Shown here in pieces: positions 26,952-34,444 of a stretch of 34,444 bases of DNA (its first letter is position 1; the number at the start of each line of letters is the position of its first letter). Origin of the DNA: an uncultured Clostridia bacterium (GTDB lineage: Bacteria > Bacillota > Clostridia > Oscillospirales > Ruminococcaceae); contig CANRPG010000001.1 in assembly GCA_947632425.1 (NCBI GenBank), positions 1-34,444 on the forward strand, written 5' to 3'. The notes beneath the pieces were generated by a model that made no database searches, was not told the DNA's origin, and worked only from the letters and a program-made list of their open reading frames with translations. Made by a program: the position numbers and the translations under genes.

Positions 26952-26962
26952 GTGGGTAAGAT

Positions 26963-28276
26963 ATGCTAACAAGAGTACAAAGGGGAAACAGTGTATTTGC
27001 AGAGCTCGATGTGAGCGGCTCTATGGACGAGATAGATGAACTCAGCCTGCTCATGATAAACAGCAATCAGAATAAAAAGACAGGGCTTGCTCCTATACGC
27101 ATAGACGAGCTGAACGGCAGATTCGAGAAGATATATTTCGATGTGACCGGAAAGGTCACGCTGAGCGAATATCTTGTAAAGAGGGTATCGCAGGAAGCCT
27201 TCAAGCAAATGATACTGCACCTTATTGACACGATAGAAAACTTTGACGAGTATATGATAGATGTAAAACAGGTAGTGCTGGATATAAACAGTGTTTTTAT
27301 AAATGAAGTTGACCACACTGTAGCGTTTATATGTATACCTACAAAGAGCGATAATTCAATAGGCGATCTTTATGAGTTTTTCAAAGCCATAGTAGATGTC
27401 AGCCTTGTTGACGTTTCGGGAAATGATAACAGAGTCAGCTATTTTAATGGGGCATGCAACGTTGTGAGAGACAAAAACGGTTTTTCTTTGCAGAACATGA
27501 AAATGCAACTCTTACAGCAGCAGGAGCAGAGAGAAGAAGTCGGCAGCATAGCCGCAGCGCCCAAAGCAGGCAGCGATGCTGCGCCTGAGGGGCAAATGGT
27601 TAAGGAAGCGGATACTGTTACAGTGAAAAAAAGAGAGAAAGCAGTCGCACCGATCGTGCCGCAGGCAGAGGACAAGCCCGATGAGCAGGAAAGCAAGAGC
27701 TTGTTCGGAAAGCTTTTCAAGAGCGGCGGAAAGAAGAAAAGCACGAGCGACGGTTTTCAGGGCGGCATAGGAAAATACAAAAACGCAGATGCTTTCAGCG
27801 CGCCTTCGCAAAAACAGCAAGCTCCCTCTCCTAAGATTGAGATAGTGCAGCAGGTGCAGAAGATACAGCAGCAGCCTAAGCCTGCGCAGGACATGGATCT
27901 GGGAACTATAACGTTTCATGACAAAAATAAAGAGAGTTTCCCGTCAGGTGATGCTGTAAATAACGATAATACCGATAATGCTCAGGCGATTTTGGTAAGG
28001 CGCCGCGATCAGTCGAGAATAAGCATAAACAAGCCGGTGTTTGCAATAGGGCGTGAAAGAGAAGATCAGGACTACTGTATAAATGATAATTTCGCGGTAG
28101 GGCGTATTCACGCGTCTATAATCAAAAAAGCCGACAGATACTATGTTGTTGATCTCAATTCAAAAAATCATACTTTTGTAAACGGAACAAAGTTAGAACC
28201 CAATAAGGAACATATGCTGAACAACGGCGACAAGATAGTTTTTGCAAACGAGGAGTTTGATTTCAGGATCGTCTGA
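26963..28276 (+). CDS. FHA-domain protein with an unassigned N-terminal globular domain and a Q/K/P-rich linker
   Basis: 437-aa ORF. The C-terminal FHA reads FAIGREREDQDYCINDNFAVGRIHASIIKKADRYYVVDLNSKNHTFVNGTKL...GDKIVFANEEFDFRI. No TM segment. RBS is AGGTGGG. Confidence 0.85.
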   Translation: MLTRVQRGNSVFAELDVSGSMDEIDELSLLMINSNQNKKTGLAPIRIDELNGRFEKIYFDVTGKVTLSEYLVKRVSQEAFKQMILHLIDTIENFDEYMIDVKQVVLDINSVFINEVDHTVAFICIPTKSDNSIGDLYEFFKAIVDVSLVDVSGNDNRVSYFNGACNVVRDKNGFSLQNMKMQLLQQQEQREEVGSIAAAPKAGSDAAPEGQMVKEADTVTVKKREKAVAPIVPQAEDKPDEQESKSLFGKLFKSGGKKKSTSDGFQGGIGKYKNADAFSAPSQKQQAPSPKIEIVQQVQKIQQQPKPAQDMDLGTITFHDKNKESFPSGDAVNNDNTDNAQAILVRRRDQSRISINKPVFAIGREREDQDYCINDNFAVGRIHASIIKKADRYYVVDLNSKNHTFVNGTKLEPNKEHMLNNGDKIVFANEEFDFRIV

Positions 28277-28305
28277 TATTCGTATGAAACGGCAGGTGGA
28301 CAGCA

Positions 28306-29073
28306 TTGAGATTTATGGCGGCGCTCTCTACAGATGCAGGCATAGTAAAAAGTACAAATCAGGACAGCAGCCTGCTTATGGAAATGGAGACAAGCATAGG
28401 AAGAACTATAGCGGCACTCGTGTGCGATGGCATGGGAGGATTTTCAAAAGGAGAACTTGCCAGCTGCGCGGTGATGCGTTCTTTTCGCCGATGGTTAAAT
28501 TGTGTTTTTCCGCGCCTGTGTGAAGAAGGGCTGACGGACAGCATAATAAGAAAAGAATGGGAACTGCTGGTCAGAAAATGCAGCGATTCGATATACGCCT
28601 ACGGCAATTCGCAGGGAATAACGCTCGGCACTACGCTTACAGCTGTTTTGCTTACCGAAGCAAAATATTACATAGTAAATGTCGGCGATACAAGGGCGTA
28701 CAAAATATCAGACAAGGTGTCAAGGCTTACTAACGATCATTCGGTGGTGGCAAGAGAGGTATCTCTGGGAAGGCTGACTGAGCAAGAGGCTGAGCATGAC
28801 CCCCGAAGGAATCAGCTTTTGCAGTGCATAGGCGATGGCGTTTTGCCGACAGCTGATATTTTTATCGGAGAGGTAGAAAAGAATGTTGTATATATGCTGT
28901 GCAGCGATGGATTCAGGCATGAAATATCAGATGATGAGATGTTTATGTATCTTAACCCTTACGCATTTGCAAGCGAGGAGATATTGAAAAATAATCTCGA
29001 TCATCTTATAAATATCAATAAAGAAAGAAACGAGCAGGACAATATAACTGTCGCTGCGATAAAGACGTGTTGA
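28306..29073 (+). CDS. PP2C-family Ser/Thr phosphatase (1 of 3)
   Basis: Motifs seen: TNQDS, CDGMGG, NVGDTRAY, CSDGF, QDNITVAAI. The start is either TTG 28306 (GGTGGA 4 nt upstream) or ATG 28315. Confidence 0.88.
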   Translation: MRFMAALSTDAGIVKSTNQDSSLLMEMETSIGRTIAALVCDGMGGFSKGELASCAVMRSFRRWLNCVFPRLCEEGLTDSIIRKEWELLVRKCSDSIYAYGNSQGITLGTTLTAVLLTEAKYYIVNVGDTRAYKISDKVSRLTNDHSVVAREVSLGRLTEQEAEHDPRRNQLLQCIGDGVLPTADIFIGEVEKNVVYMLCSDGFRHEISDDEMFMYLNPYAFASEEILKNNLDHLININKERNEQDNITVAAIKTC

Positions 29074-29082
29074 GGGCAAGTT

Positions 29083-29388
29083 ATGGAATACCTGATAACA
29101 GGCGCTTTGGTATTTGCGCTTGCGGCGCTTACAGCCGTTATTATAAGAATACGGAAGAATGCCGACGATGCGAACGAAGCTGCGCTTGATAAAGAGAATA
29201 TCGCAAATGCCGTCAGACGTGTGATGGAGAAAGATAAGGAATATTCATCTACGCCCGAGCAAGCGACCGAAGAGATCGTCAGCGGCAAGAGAGCCTATGA
29301 CTTCAGGGTAATAAGAGAGATAATGTATACAGATTGTACAGAAACGATAGACGGTATCAGGACGGTGATATTATATGATAACATATAA
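29083..29388 (+). CDS. Small single-pass membrane protein, unknown function
   Basis: 101-aa ORF. N-terminal TM is LITGALVFALAALTAVII, followed by a charged soluble part. RBS is GAGGGC. It overlaps the next PP2C gene by 14 nt. Confidence 0.6.
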   Translation: MEYLITGALVFALAALTAVIIRIRKNADDANEAALDKENIANAVRRVMEKDKEYSSTPEQATEEIVSGKRAYDFRVIREIMYTDCTETIDGIRTVILYDNI

Positions 29389-30100
29389 GATATTTACCGA
29401 TAAAGGCGGCCGCGATGTTAACGAGGACAGCGCAGGCGCTGCTGTGAGCGATGCAGGCGTATGTTTTGTTTTGTGTGATGGGCTCGGTGGTCACGGAAAA
29501 GGCGAGGTAGCTTCTTACATTGTGGTCGAAAGCATAAAAAGCGACTTTGCCGTTTGCAGCGATCCCGATAATTTTTTGCCGTATGCATTTGAAAATGCTC
29601 AGAAACGCCTTATGGAGGAGCAGAAAAAACAGGGAGCCGTTATGGAGATGAAAACAACGGCGGTGGTTCTGCTGATATATAACGGTATGTATCGTTACGG
29701 GCATATAGGCGATTCAAGACTGTATGTAATGAACGAAAAAAAGATATTGCAGAGAACTATGGATCACAGCGTGCCGCAATTGCTGTGTATGGCAGGAGAA
29801 ATAAAGGAAAAGCAGATAAGGCATCACCCCGACCGAAACCGCCTTTTGAGGGTAATGGGAATAGAGTGGGAAACAGGCAAGTATGAGATATCACAGGCAG
29901 AGCAGCTGAAAGGCAATGAAAGATTTCTGCTTTGTTCAGACGGCTTCTGGGAACTGATAGTGGAAAAAGACATGGTAAAGACTTTGAAGAAGTCGGCTGA
30001 TGTTGACGAGTGGGTCGGTACTATGGCTCAGAAAGTAAAGGAAAACGGCAGGGGTAAGGACATGGATAACTTTACAGCGATCGGCGTCATGTTATCCTGA
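29375..30100 (+). CDS. PP2C-family Ser/Thr phosphatase (2 of 3)
   Basis: Motifs seen: VNEDSA, CDGLGGH, HIGDSRLY, CSDGFW, MDNFTAIGV. Confidence 0.88.
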   Translation: MITYKIFTDKGGRDVNEDSAGAAVSDAGVCFVLCDGLGGHGKGEVASYIVVESIKSDFAVCSDPDNFLPYAFENAQKRLMEEQKKQGAVMEMKTTAVVLLIYNGMYRYGHIGDSRLYVMNEKKILQRTMDHSVPQLLCMAGEIKEKQIRHHPDRNRLLRVMGIEWETGKYEISQAEQLKGNERFLLCSDGFWELIVEKDMVKTLKKSADVDEWVGTMAQKVKENGRGKDMDNFTAIGVMLS

Positions 30101-30164
30101 GGCGGCAGCAATGCCATTGCATATTTGAAATATCGGCACAGGAGGCGTGCCTTTATGAAAGGGC

Positions 30165-30902
30165 ATGATCAATGATATGGAGTTTGAAAGCAGATCTTTT
30201 ATAGGCAGCCGCGCTGAGCAGCAGGATCATTACAATGTAATGCAAGACCAAAAAGGGTTGTTTGCGGTGCTGTGCGACGGCATGGGAGGGCGAAAAAACG
30301 GTTCTTTGGCGGCGCAGAGCGCGGTAGATATATTTTCGGCTGCTTATATGCGCAGAAATACAGATGTAGATCCGAAATTTCTTCTGACGACCGCCGAAAG
30401 AGCTGATCGCTATATTGCAACAGGCATTGAGGACAAGAGCGGCTGTACGGTAATATGCGCCTATATAGATGACGACAGGAAACTTATGTGGGTGTCGGTA
30501 GGAGACAGCAGGCTGTATGTTTTCAGAAACGGCAGACTGCGGCAGGTCACAAAAGACCATAATTATTTTTATCTGCTGAACAAAAAGCTTGAAAATAATG
30601 AGATAAACGAAAAAGAATACAAAGCAGCCGGAATGAGAGGAGAAGCCCTGATAAGTTTTTTGGGTATGAACGGTTTTGAACTTGCTGATATAAGTATAAG
30701 ACCGCTTGCGCTTCTTCAGGGCGATATTGTGCTGCTGACCTCTGACGGTCTTTATAAATTGCTGGGAGATGCAAATATAGAAAGGCTGCTTGCACTGCAT
30801 CAGGGCGACCTCGGCGTATGCGCCGATTCTGTTATCGGCCGCGTGAAAGCAAGCAACGAGCCTTCGATAGATAATACGTCATTTATTCTTATAAAAATAT
30901 AG
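30165..30902 (+). CDS. PP2C-family Ser/Thr phosphatase (3 of 3)
   Basis: Motifs seen: EQQDH, CDGMGG, SVGDSRLY, TSDGLY, IDNTSFILI. The start is either ATG 30165 or the in-frame ATG 30177. Confidence 0.85.
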   Translation: MINDMEFESRSFIGSRAEQQDHYNVMQDQKGLFAVLCDGMGGRKNGSLAAQSAVDIFSAAYMRRNTDVDPKFLLTTAERADRYIATGIEDKSGCTVICAYIDDDRKLMWVSVGDSRLYVFRNGRLRQVTKDHNYFYLLNKKLENNEINEKEYKAAGMRGEALISFLGMNGFELADISIRPLALLQGDIVLLTSDGLYKLLGDANIERLLALHQGDLGVCADSVIGRVKASNEPSIDNTSFILIKI

Positions 30903-30914
30903 GAGGGTAAATAT

Positions 30915-31556
30915 ATGAAACTTGTAAGGTGCGAGGTAAACAGCAGCCACTATTATGATGCTGATAAATATGAAAGCTGTCCGCATTGCAGAGAAAACAG
31001 CCTGCCGAAAGCAGAAAGTGCAGGCGAGACGATAAGCTTGTCCGACCTGAGAGATTCGGATAATGCAGGAAACGAGACTGTGGCTTTGCAAGACAGCGAG
31101 AATTCGCTCAGCAAGCAGATCGCAAGTTCTTCCGCATCGGGAAATGTAGATGAAATAAAGACAATGTCATATTACGATTTCGGGCAGGAACAAGAGCCTG
31201 TGGTAGGGTGGCTTACCGCTGTAAATACTGCGGCAAAGGGTATAAGCTTTTCTCTTAAAGTCGGCAAGAACAATATAGGAAGATCAGGCTCGGGGCACGC
31301 TGTCGATGTGGATCTTAACAAAGATGCCACTGTTTCCAGAGGCACGCAGGCTACTATAATATACGAGCCGAAGAAACGTCAGTTTTTGCTTCAGCCTGCA
31401 AACGGCAGCACTTTGGTATATCTAAACGATGATCTGCTTATGAATTATACGCAGATAAATGCGTATGACCGGATAACAGTAGGCGAAACAGAGCTTATTT
31501 TTATACCGCTGTGCTCGGATAAATTCTCATGGGAAAACATGGATAAAGGGGAATGA
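30915..31556 (+). CDS. FHA-domain protein with an N-terminal, partly degenerate zinc-ribbon-like segment
   Basis: 213-aa ORF. N-terminus is MKLVRCEVNSSHYYDADKYESCPHC. The C-terminal FHA reads NNIGRSGSGHAVDVDLNKDATVSRGTQATIIYE...ANGSTLVYLNDDLL...ITVGETELIFI. Strong RBS AGGAGGG. Confidence 0.8.
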   Translation: MKLVRCEVNSSHYYDADKYESCPHCRENSLPKAESAGETISLSDLRDSDNAGNETVALQDSENSLSKQIASSSASGNVDEIKTMSYYDFGQEQEPVVGWLTAVNTAAKGISFSLKVGKNNIGRSGSGHAVDVDLNKDATVSRGTQATIIYEPKKRQFLLQPANGSTLVYLNDDLLMNYTQINAYDRITVGETELIFIPLCSDKFSWENMDKGE

Positions 31557-31558
31557 TA

Positions 31559-33523
31559 ATGTTTTTGTGCAATAATTGTTTCAGCAAGTTCGATACTCCG
31601 TTTGAGGCTTGTCCGTCATGCGGATATAAAGAGGGAGACGCGCCTGAGCAGCTGTATCATTTATATCCCGGTACGAAGCTGCATGACAGATACATAATAG
31701 GGCAGGTTCTGGGATTTGGCGGATTTGGCATAACCTATAAGGCATATGATACACAGCTTGAGATAATTGCAGCTATAAAAGAGTATTATCCCAGCGGCAT
31801 AGTCTCGCGCGAGCCGAAAGACCCGAAGGTGAACATATATAACAAGGCGCGCCGGAAGGAGTATCTTCACGGAAAAGAGGGATTTCTTGACGAGGCAAGG
31901 AACATGGCAAAGTTCAGCTCCGAGCCTGACATTATAAATGTGCTGGAGTATTTTGAAGAAAACAATACCGCATATATCGTAATGGAATTTCTTGACGGTA
32001 TAACGCTTTCAAGGTTTATTAGTGAGAACGGCGGCGCGGTAGATGTTGATACGGCTATACAGATAAGCGAGACCGTTTGCAATGCCTTGATAAAAATACA
32101 TAAAGAAGGAATAATACACCGCGATGTAAGCCCGAAAAATATATTTCTCTGCCTGAACGGTCATATAAAGCTGATAGATTTCGGCGCGGCAAGATTTTCG
32201 CAGAGCGAGAACAAGGAAATGACTATTGTTCTCACGCCCGGATTTGCTCCTCCCGAGCAGTATGAGAAGGTCAACAAGCAAGGCCCGTGGACGGATATAT
32301 ACGCTTTGGGCGCAACGATGTACTATATTCTTACCGGTGTCAGACCGGTGGAATCAACAAATCGCACGGTATGTGACGACCTGCTTTATCCGCATGAAAT
32401 AAATGCCGATATTCCCGAGAATATGAGCAACACGGTAATGAAGGCAATGGCGATGGATATCCACATGAGGTTTGACAACGTTAAAGACCTTTTGGAAGCG
32501 CTGAAACAAAATAAAAAAGTCCTGCCTGTCGCGGTCGAGAAGAAAAGAAAAAAGCGCAAACGCACAGCAGGCTTAGGCTTGGCATCGCTCATGCTTGTCG
32601 GCGGCACTTTTGCAGGATTGTATATGTGGAACAAGGAAAAAGCGGAAGAAACACTGCCTGACTGTGAACTGACATTATGGTACTGCAAAAGCGGCGATCA
32701 GCAGCTTGACGATGCAGAGCTTGCGGCGTACACTGATATAGTTGAGGATTTCAATGCAAGCTTTCCGAATGTGAAAGTGAATATCGAGGGATTTGAAGAA
32801 AACGAGTATTCCGAAAAGCTGAAAAACAGCTCCGAGCAGCCGAATTTGTATGAGTATACCGATGAGACTGCCGATGCAAAAACGCTTTCGTTAAAAAGCA
32901 TATACAGCTCAGACGCGGCAAAACAGTGTCCGCTGCTGAAAGACGCCCCCAAATGCTTTGGTGAAAAATACGGGCAGCTGCCGCTTGGATTTGCAGCTCC
33001 GGCAGTGTTTGTAAATACCACTTTATCGGAATATGATGAAAGCAGCATTTCAAAAATGCAGGATATGACGGATATTGTTTCGGGAAACGCCGCGCAGATC
33101 GTAACAGACAGCGAAATGTTTTCAGAAGTTTTCGGCGATATGTCGGCGTATTATGATGCAAACGGCGCTGAGCAGTTTTTCTCTGAAAACGCTGTGGTAT
33201 ATGCTGCATATACTACCGAATACCTGACAATAAGAGACAGACTCCCTGCGAGGTATAAAATGCTTTTCTGCAATACGGATCCCGTGCCTTGCCGGTATAC
33301 AAACATATGGAGAGCCTGCGACCTTGACGGCGATGAGAATAAGGCTTCGCTCAGGCTTTTGGAATTTATGCTGAACAATAACGCTCAGGACGAGCTGCAT
33401 GTTAAGAACACCAGTCAAAGTTTACCGATAAATGATGCCGTGCTGGAAGTGTATGTTTCGGTATATGACGATTTTACGGGATTTTTTGATAATAAAAGTA
33501 ATTATGTTTTTGTTAAGGAATGA
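31559..33523 (+). CDS. Hanks-type Ser/Thr protein kinase: N-terminal zinc ribbon, kinase domain, one TM helix and an extracellular solute-binding-protein-like domain
   Basis: Motifs seen: zinc ribbon CNNC-x10-CPSC, G-loop GFGGFGITY, AIKEY, HRDVSPKN, DFG, PPE. The TM is AGLGLASLMLVGGTFAGLYMW. The ectodomain begins LTLWYCKSGDQ...FPNVKVNIEGFEENEYSEKL, which looks like an ABC substrate-binding protein. I prefer ATG 31559 (GGGGA 7 nt upstream) over ATG 31553. Confidence 0.88.
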   Translation: MFLCNNCFSKFDTPFEACPSCGYKEGDAPEQLYHLYPGTKLHDRYIIGQVLGFGGFGITYKAYDTQLEIIAAIKEYYPSGIVSREPKDPKVNIYNKARRKEYLHGKEGFLDEARNMAKFSSEPDIINVLEYFEENNTAYIVMEFLDGITLSRFISENGGAVDVDTAIQISETVCNALIKIHKEGIIHRDVSPKNIFLCLNGHIKLIDFGAARFSQSENKEMTIVLTPGFAPPEQYEKVNKQGPWTDIYALGATMYYILTGVRPVESTNRTVCDDLLYPHEINADIPENMSNTVMKAMAMDIHMRFDNVKDLLEALKQNKKVLPVAVEKKRKKRKRTAGLGLASLMLVGGTFAGLYMWNKEKAEETLPDCELTLWYCKSGDQQLDDAELAAYTDIVEDFNASFPNVKVNIEGFEENEYSEKLKNSSEQPNLYEYTDETADAKTLSLKSIYSSDAAKQCPLLKDAPKCFGEKYGQLPLGFAAPAVFVNTTLSEYDESSISKMQDMTDIVSGNAAQIVTDSEMFSEVFGDMSAYYDANGAEQFFSENAVVYAAYTTEYLTIRDRLPARYKMLFCNTDPVPCRYTNIWRACDLDGDENKASLRLLEFMLNNNAQDELHVKNTSQSLPINDAVLEVYVSVYDDFTGFFDNKSNYVFVKE

Positions 33524-33528
33524 TTTAT

Positions 33529-34444
33529 ATGAAGATCTGTATGGGATGCATGGAAAAATATGACGATGCAGAGCATATTTGTCCTCATTGCGGATATCTG
33601 GAGGGAAGCAAGCCTGAGAGCGCGCAGCATATGGAAGCAGGCAGCGTGCTTGCCGAAAGATATATCGTAGGAAAAGTGCTGGGATACGGAGGATTTGGCG
33701 TAACATACATAGGCTGGGACGCCCTTCTTGAAATGAAGATAGCAATAAAAGAGTATCTTCCCAGTGAGTTTTCAACAAGAATGGCAGGCTCGCAGCAAGT
33801 AACTGTATACAGCGGCGAAAAGCACGAACAGTTTGAATCCGGCAAGAAGAAATTTACAGAAGAATCGAGAAATCTGGCAAAATTTCATTCGTGCAGCGGT
33901 ATAGTCAAGGTGTTTGACAGCTTCGAGTGCAATGATACCGCATATTTGATCATGGAGCTGCTGGAGGGCGAAACGCTGGCGGACAAGCTGAAACGGGAAG
34001 GAACTATCGAAGAGGACAAGGCTATAGAAATGATGCTGCCTGTCATAGAGTCGTTAAGCGTTGTACACGAGCATGGAATAATACACAGAGATATATCCCC
34101 CGACAATATATTCGTTACAAACAGCGGCGAAGTCAAACTAATAGACTTTGGCGCGGCCCGTTATGCGACAACTACCCACAGCCGCAGTCTTACAGTAATA
34201 ATAAAGCCGGGTTATTCACCCGAGGAACAGTACAGAAGCAGGGGAGATCAGGGCAGTCATACCGATGTGTATGCCGTCGCTGCGGTGTTATATAAGATGA
34301 TCACCGGCAAAACGCCCCCCGATGCTTTGGAAAGAAGAGCATTCTTTGAAAACAAGAAGAAAGATATACTTGAACCGCCCTCAAAGTATGTTGACGATAT
34401 AAGCGAAAATCATGAGACGGCATTACTTAATGCGCTGAATGTGC
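33529..34444 (+). CDS. Second Hanks-type Ser/Thr protein kinase with an N-terminal zinc ribbon (5' part only; runs off the right edge)
   Basis: Not in the ORF track because it is edge-truncated. Hand translation from ATG 33529 (AAGGAA 8 nt upstream) gives MKICMGCMEKYDDAEHICPHCGY...GYGGFGVTY...IAIKEY...HRDISPDN...DFGAARY...SPEEQ. The frame stays open to nt 34444. Confidence 0.85.
   Translation, partial: MKICMGCMEKYDDAEHICPHCGYLEGSKPESAQHMEAGSVLAERYIVGKVLGYGGFGVTYIGWDALLEMKIAIKEYLPSEFSTRMAGSQQVTVYSGEKHEQFESGKKKFTEESRNLAKFHSCSGIVKVFDSFECNDTAYLIMELLEGETLADKLKREGTIEEDKAIEMMLPVIESLSVVHEHGIIHRDISPDNIFVTNSGEVKLIDFGAARYATTTHSRSLTVIIKPGYSPEEQYRSRGDQGSHTDVYAVAAVLYKMITGKTPPDALERRAFFENKKKDILEPPSKYVDDISENHETALLNALNV

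Noticed and set aside
26963-34444. Idea that the FHA and kinase genes mark a T7SS (Ess/Esx) or T6SS locus rather than belonging with the Tad genes
   Set aside because: The window contains no FtsK/SpoIIIE-type EssC ATPase, no WXG100-size ORFs with that pattern and no T6SS sheath, Hcp or VgrG genes. The only secretion machinery present is the Tad module.
1-34444. Search for CRISPR arrays, tRNA/rRNA genes, transposases, integrases, and inverted terminal or direct flanking repeats that would indicate a mobile island
   Set aside because: None were recognisable. The only repeats are the intragenic Cys-module repeats and the T16 tract, and no recombinase-like ORF is present in the window.

Overview
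This 34.4-kb window looks like a Clostridia-type (monoderm Firmicute) chromosome. That guess rests on gene content and on five sigma-A promoters that all have an extended -10 (TGnTATAAT). All family calls come from motifs I read in the translations; no database search was possible.

Layout:
- 1-3797 (-): 5' part of a very large secreted surface protein. It is missing from the ORF track because it is edge-truncated. It contains GLUG-like and Listeria-Bacteroides-type repeats, then at least 15 tandem Cys modules. Upstream are a consensus promoter and an A16 tract in the leader.
- 4045-8061 (-): tightly coupled operon of MOP flippase, YdbC/PC4-like protein, PfkB kinase and PLP decarboxylase.
- 8253-12207 (+): small hydrophobic ORF, three tandem paralogous membrane proteins, a degenerate TrpF-like protein and a GH-A glycosidase.
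- 12335-14116 (+): L,D-transpeptidase.
- 14523 to window end (+): about 20 kb with no detectable terminator. A complete monoderm Tad/Flp (type IVc) pilus module (tadZ, cpaF, tadB, tadC, flp, tadE-like, a giant 1344-aa tadG-like gene, a second tadE-like gene, prepilin peptidase, TPR+WG-repeat protein) runs straight into a Ser/Thr phospho-signalling module. That module has two FHA proteins, three PP2C phosphatases, a small TM protein and at least two zinc-ribbon Hanks kinases, the last one edge-truncated.

The physical coupling of a Tad machine to this FHA/PP2C/kinase module is the main candidate for an undescribed system. I saw no tRNA, rRNA, CRISPR or mobile element.
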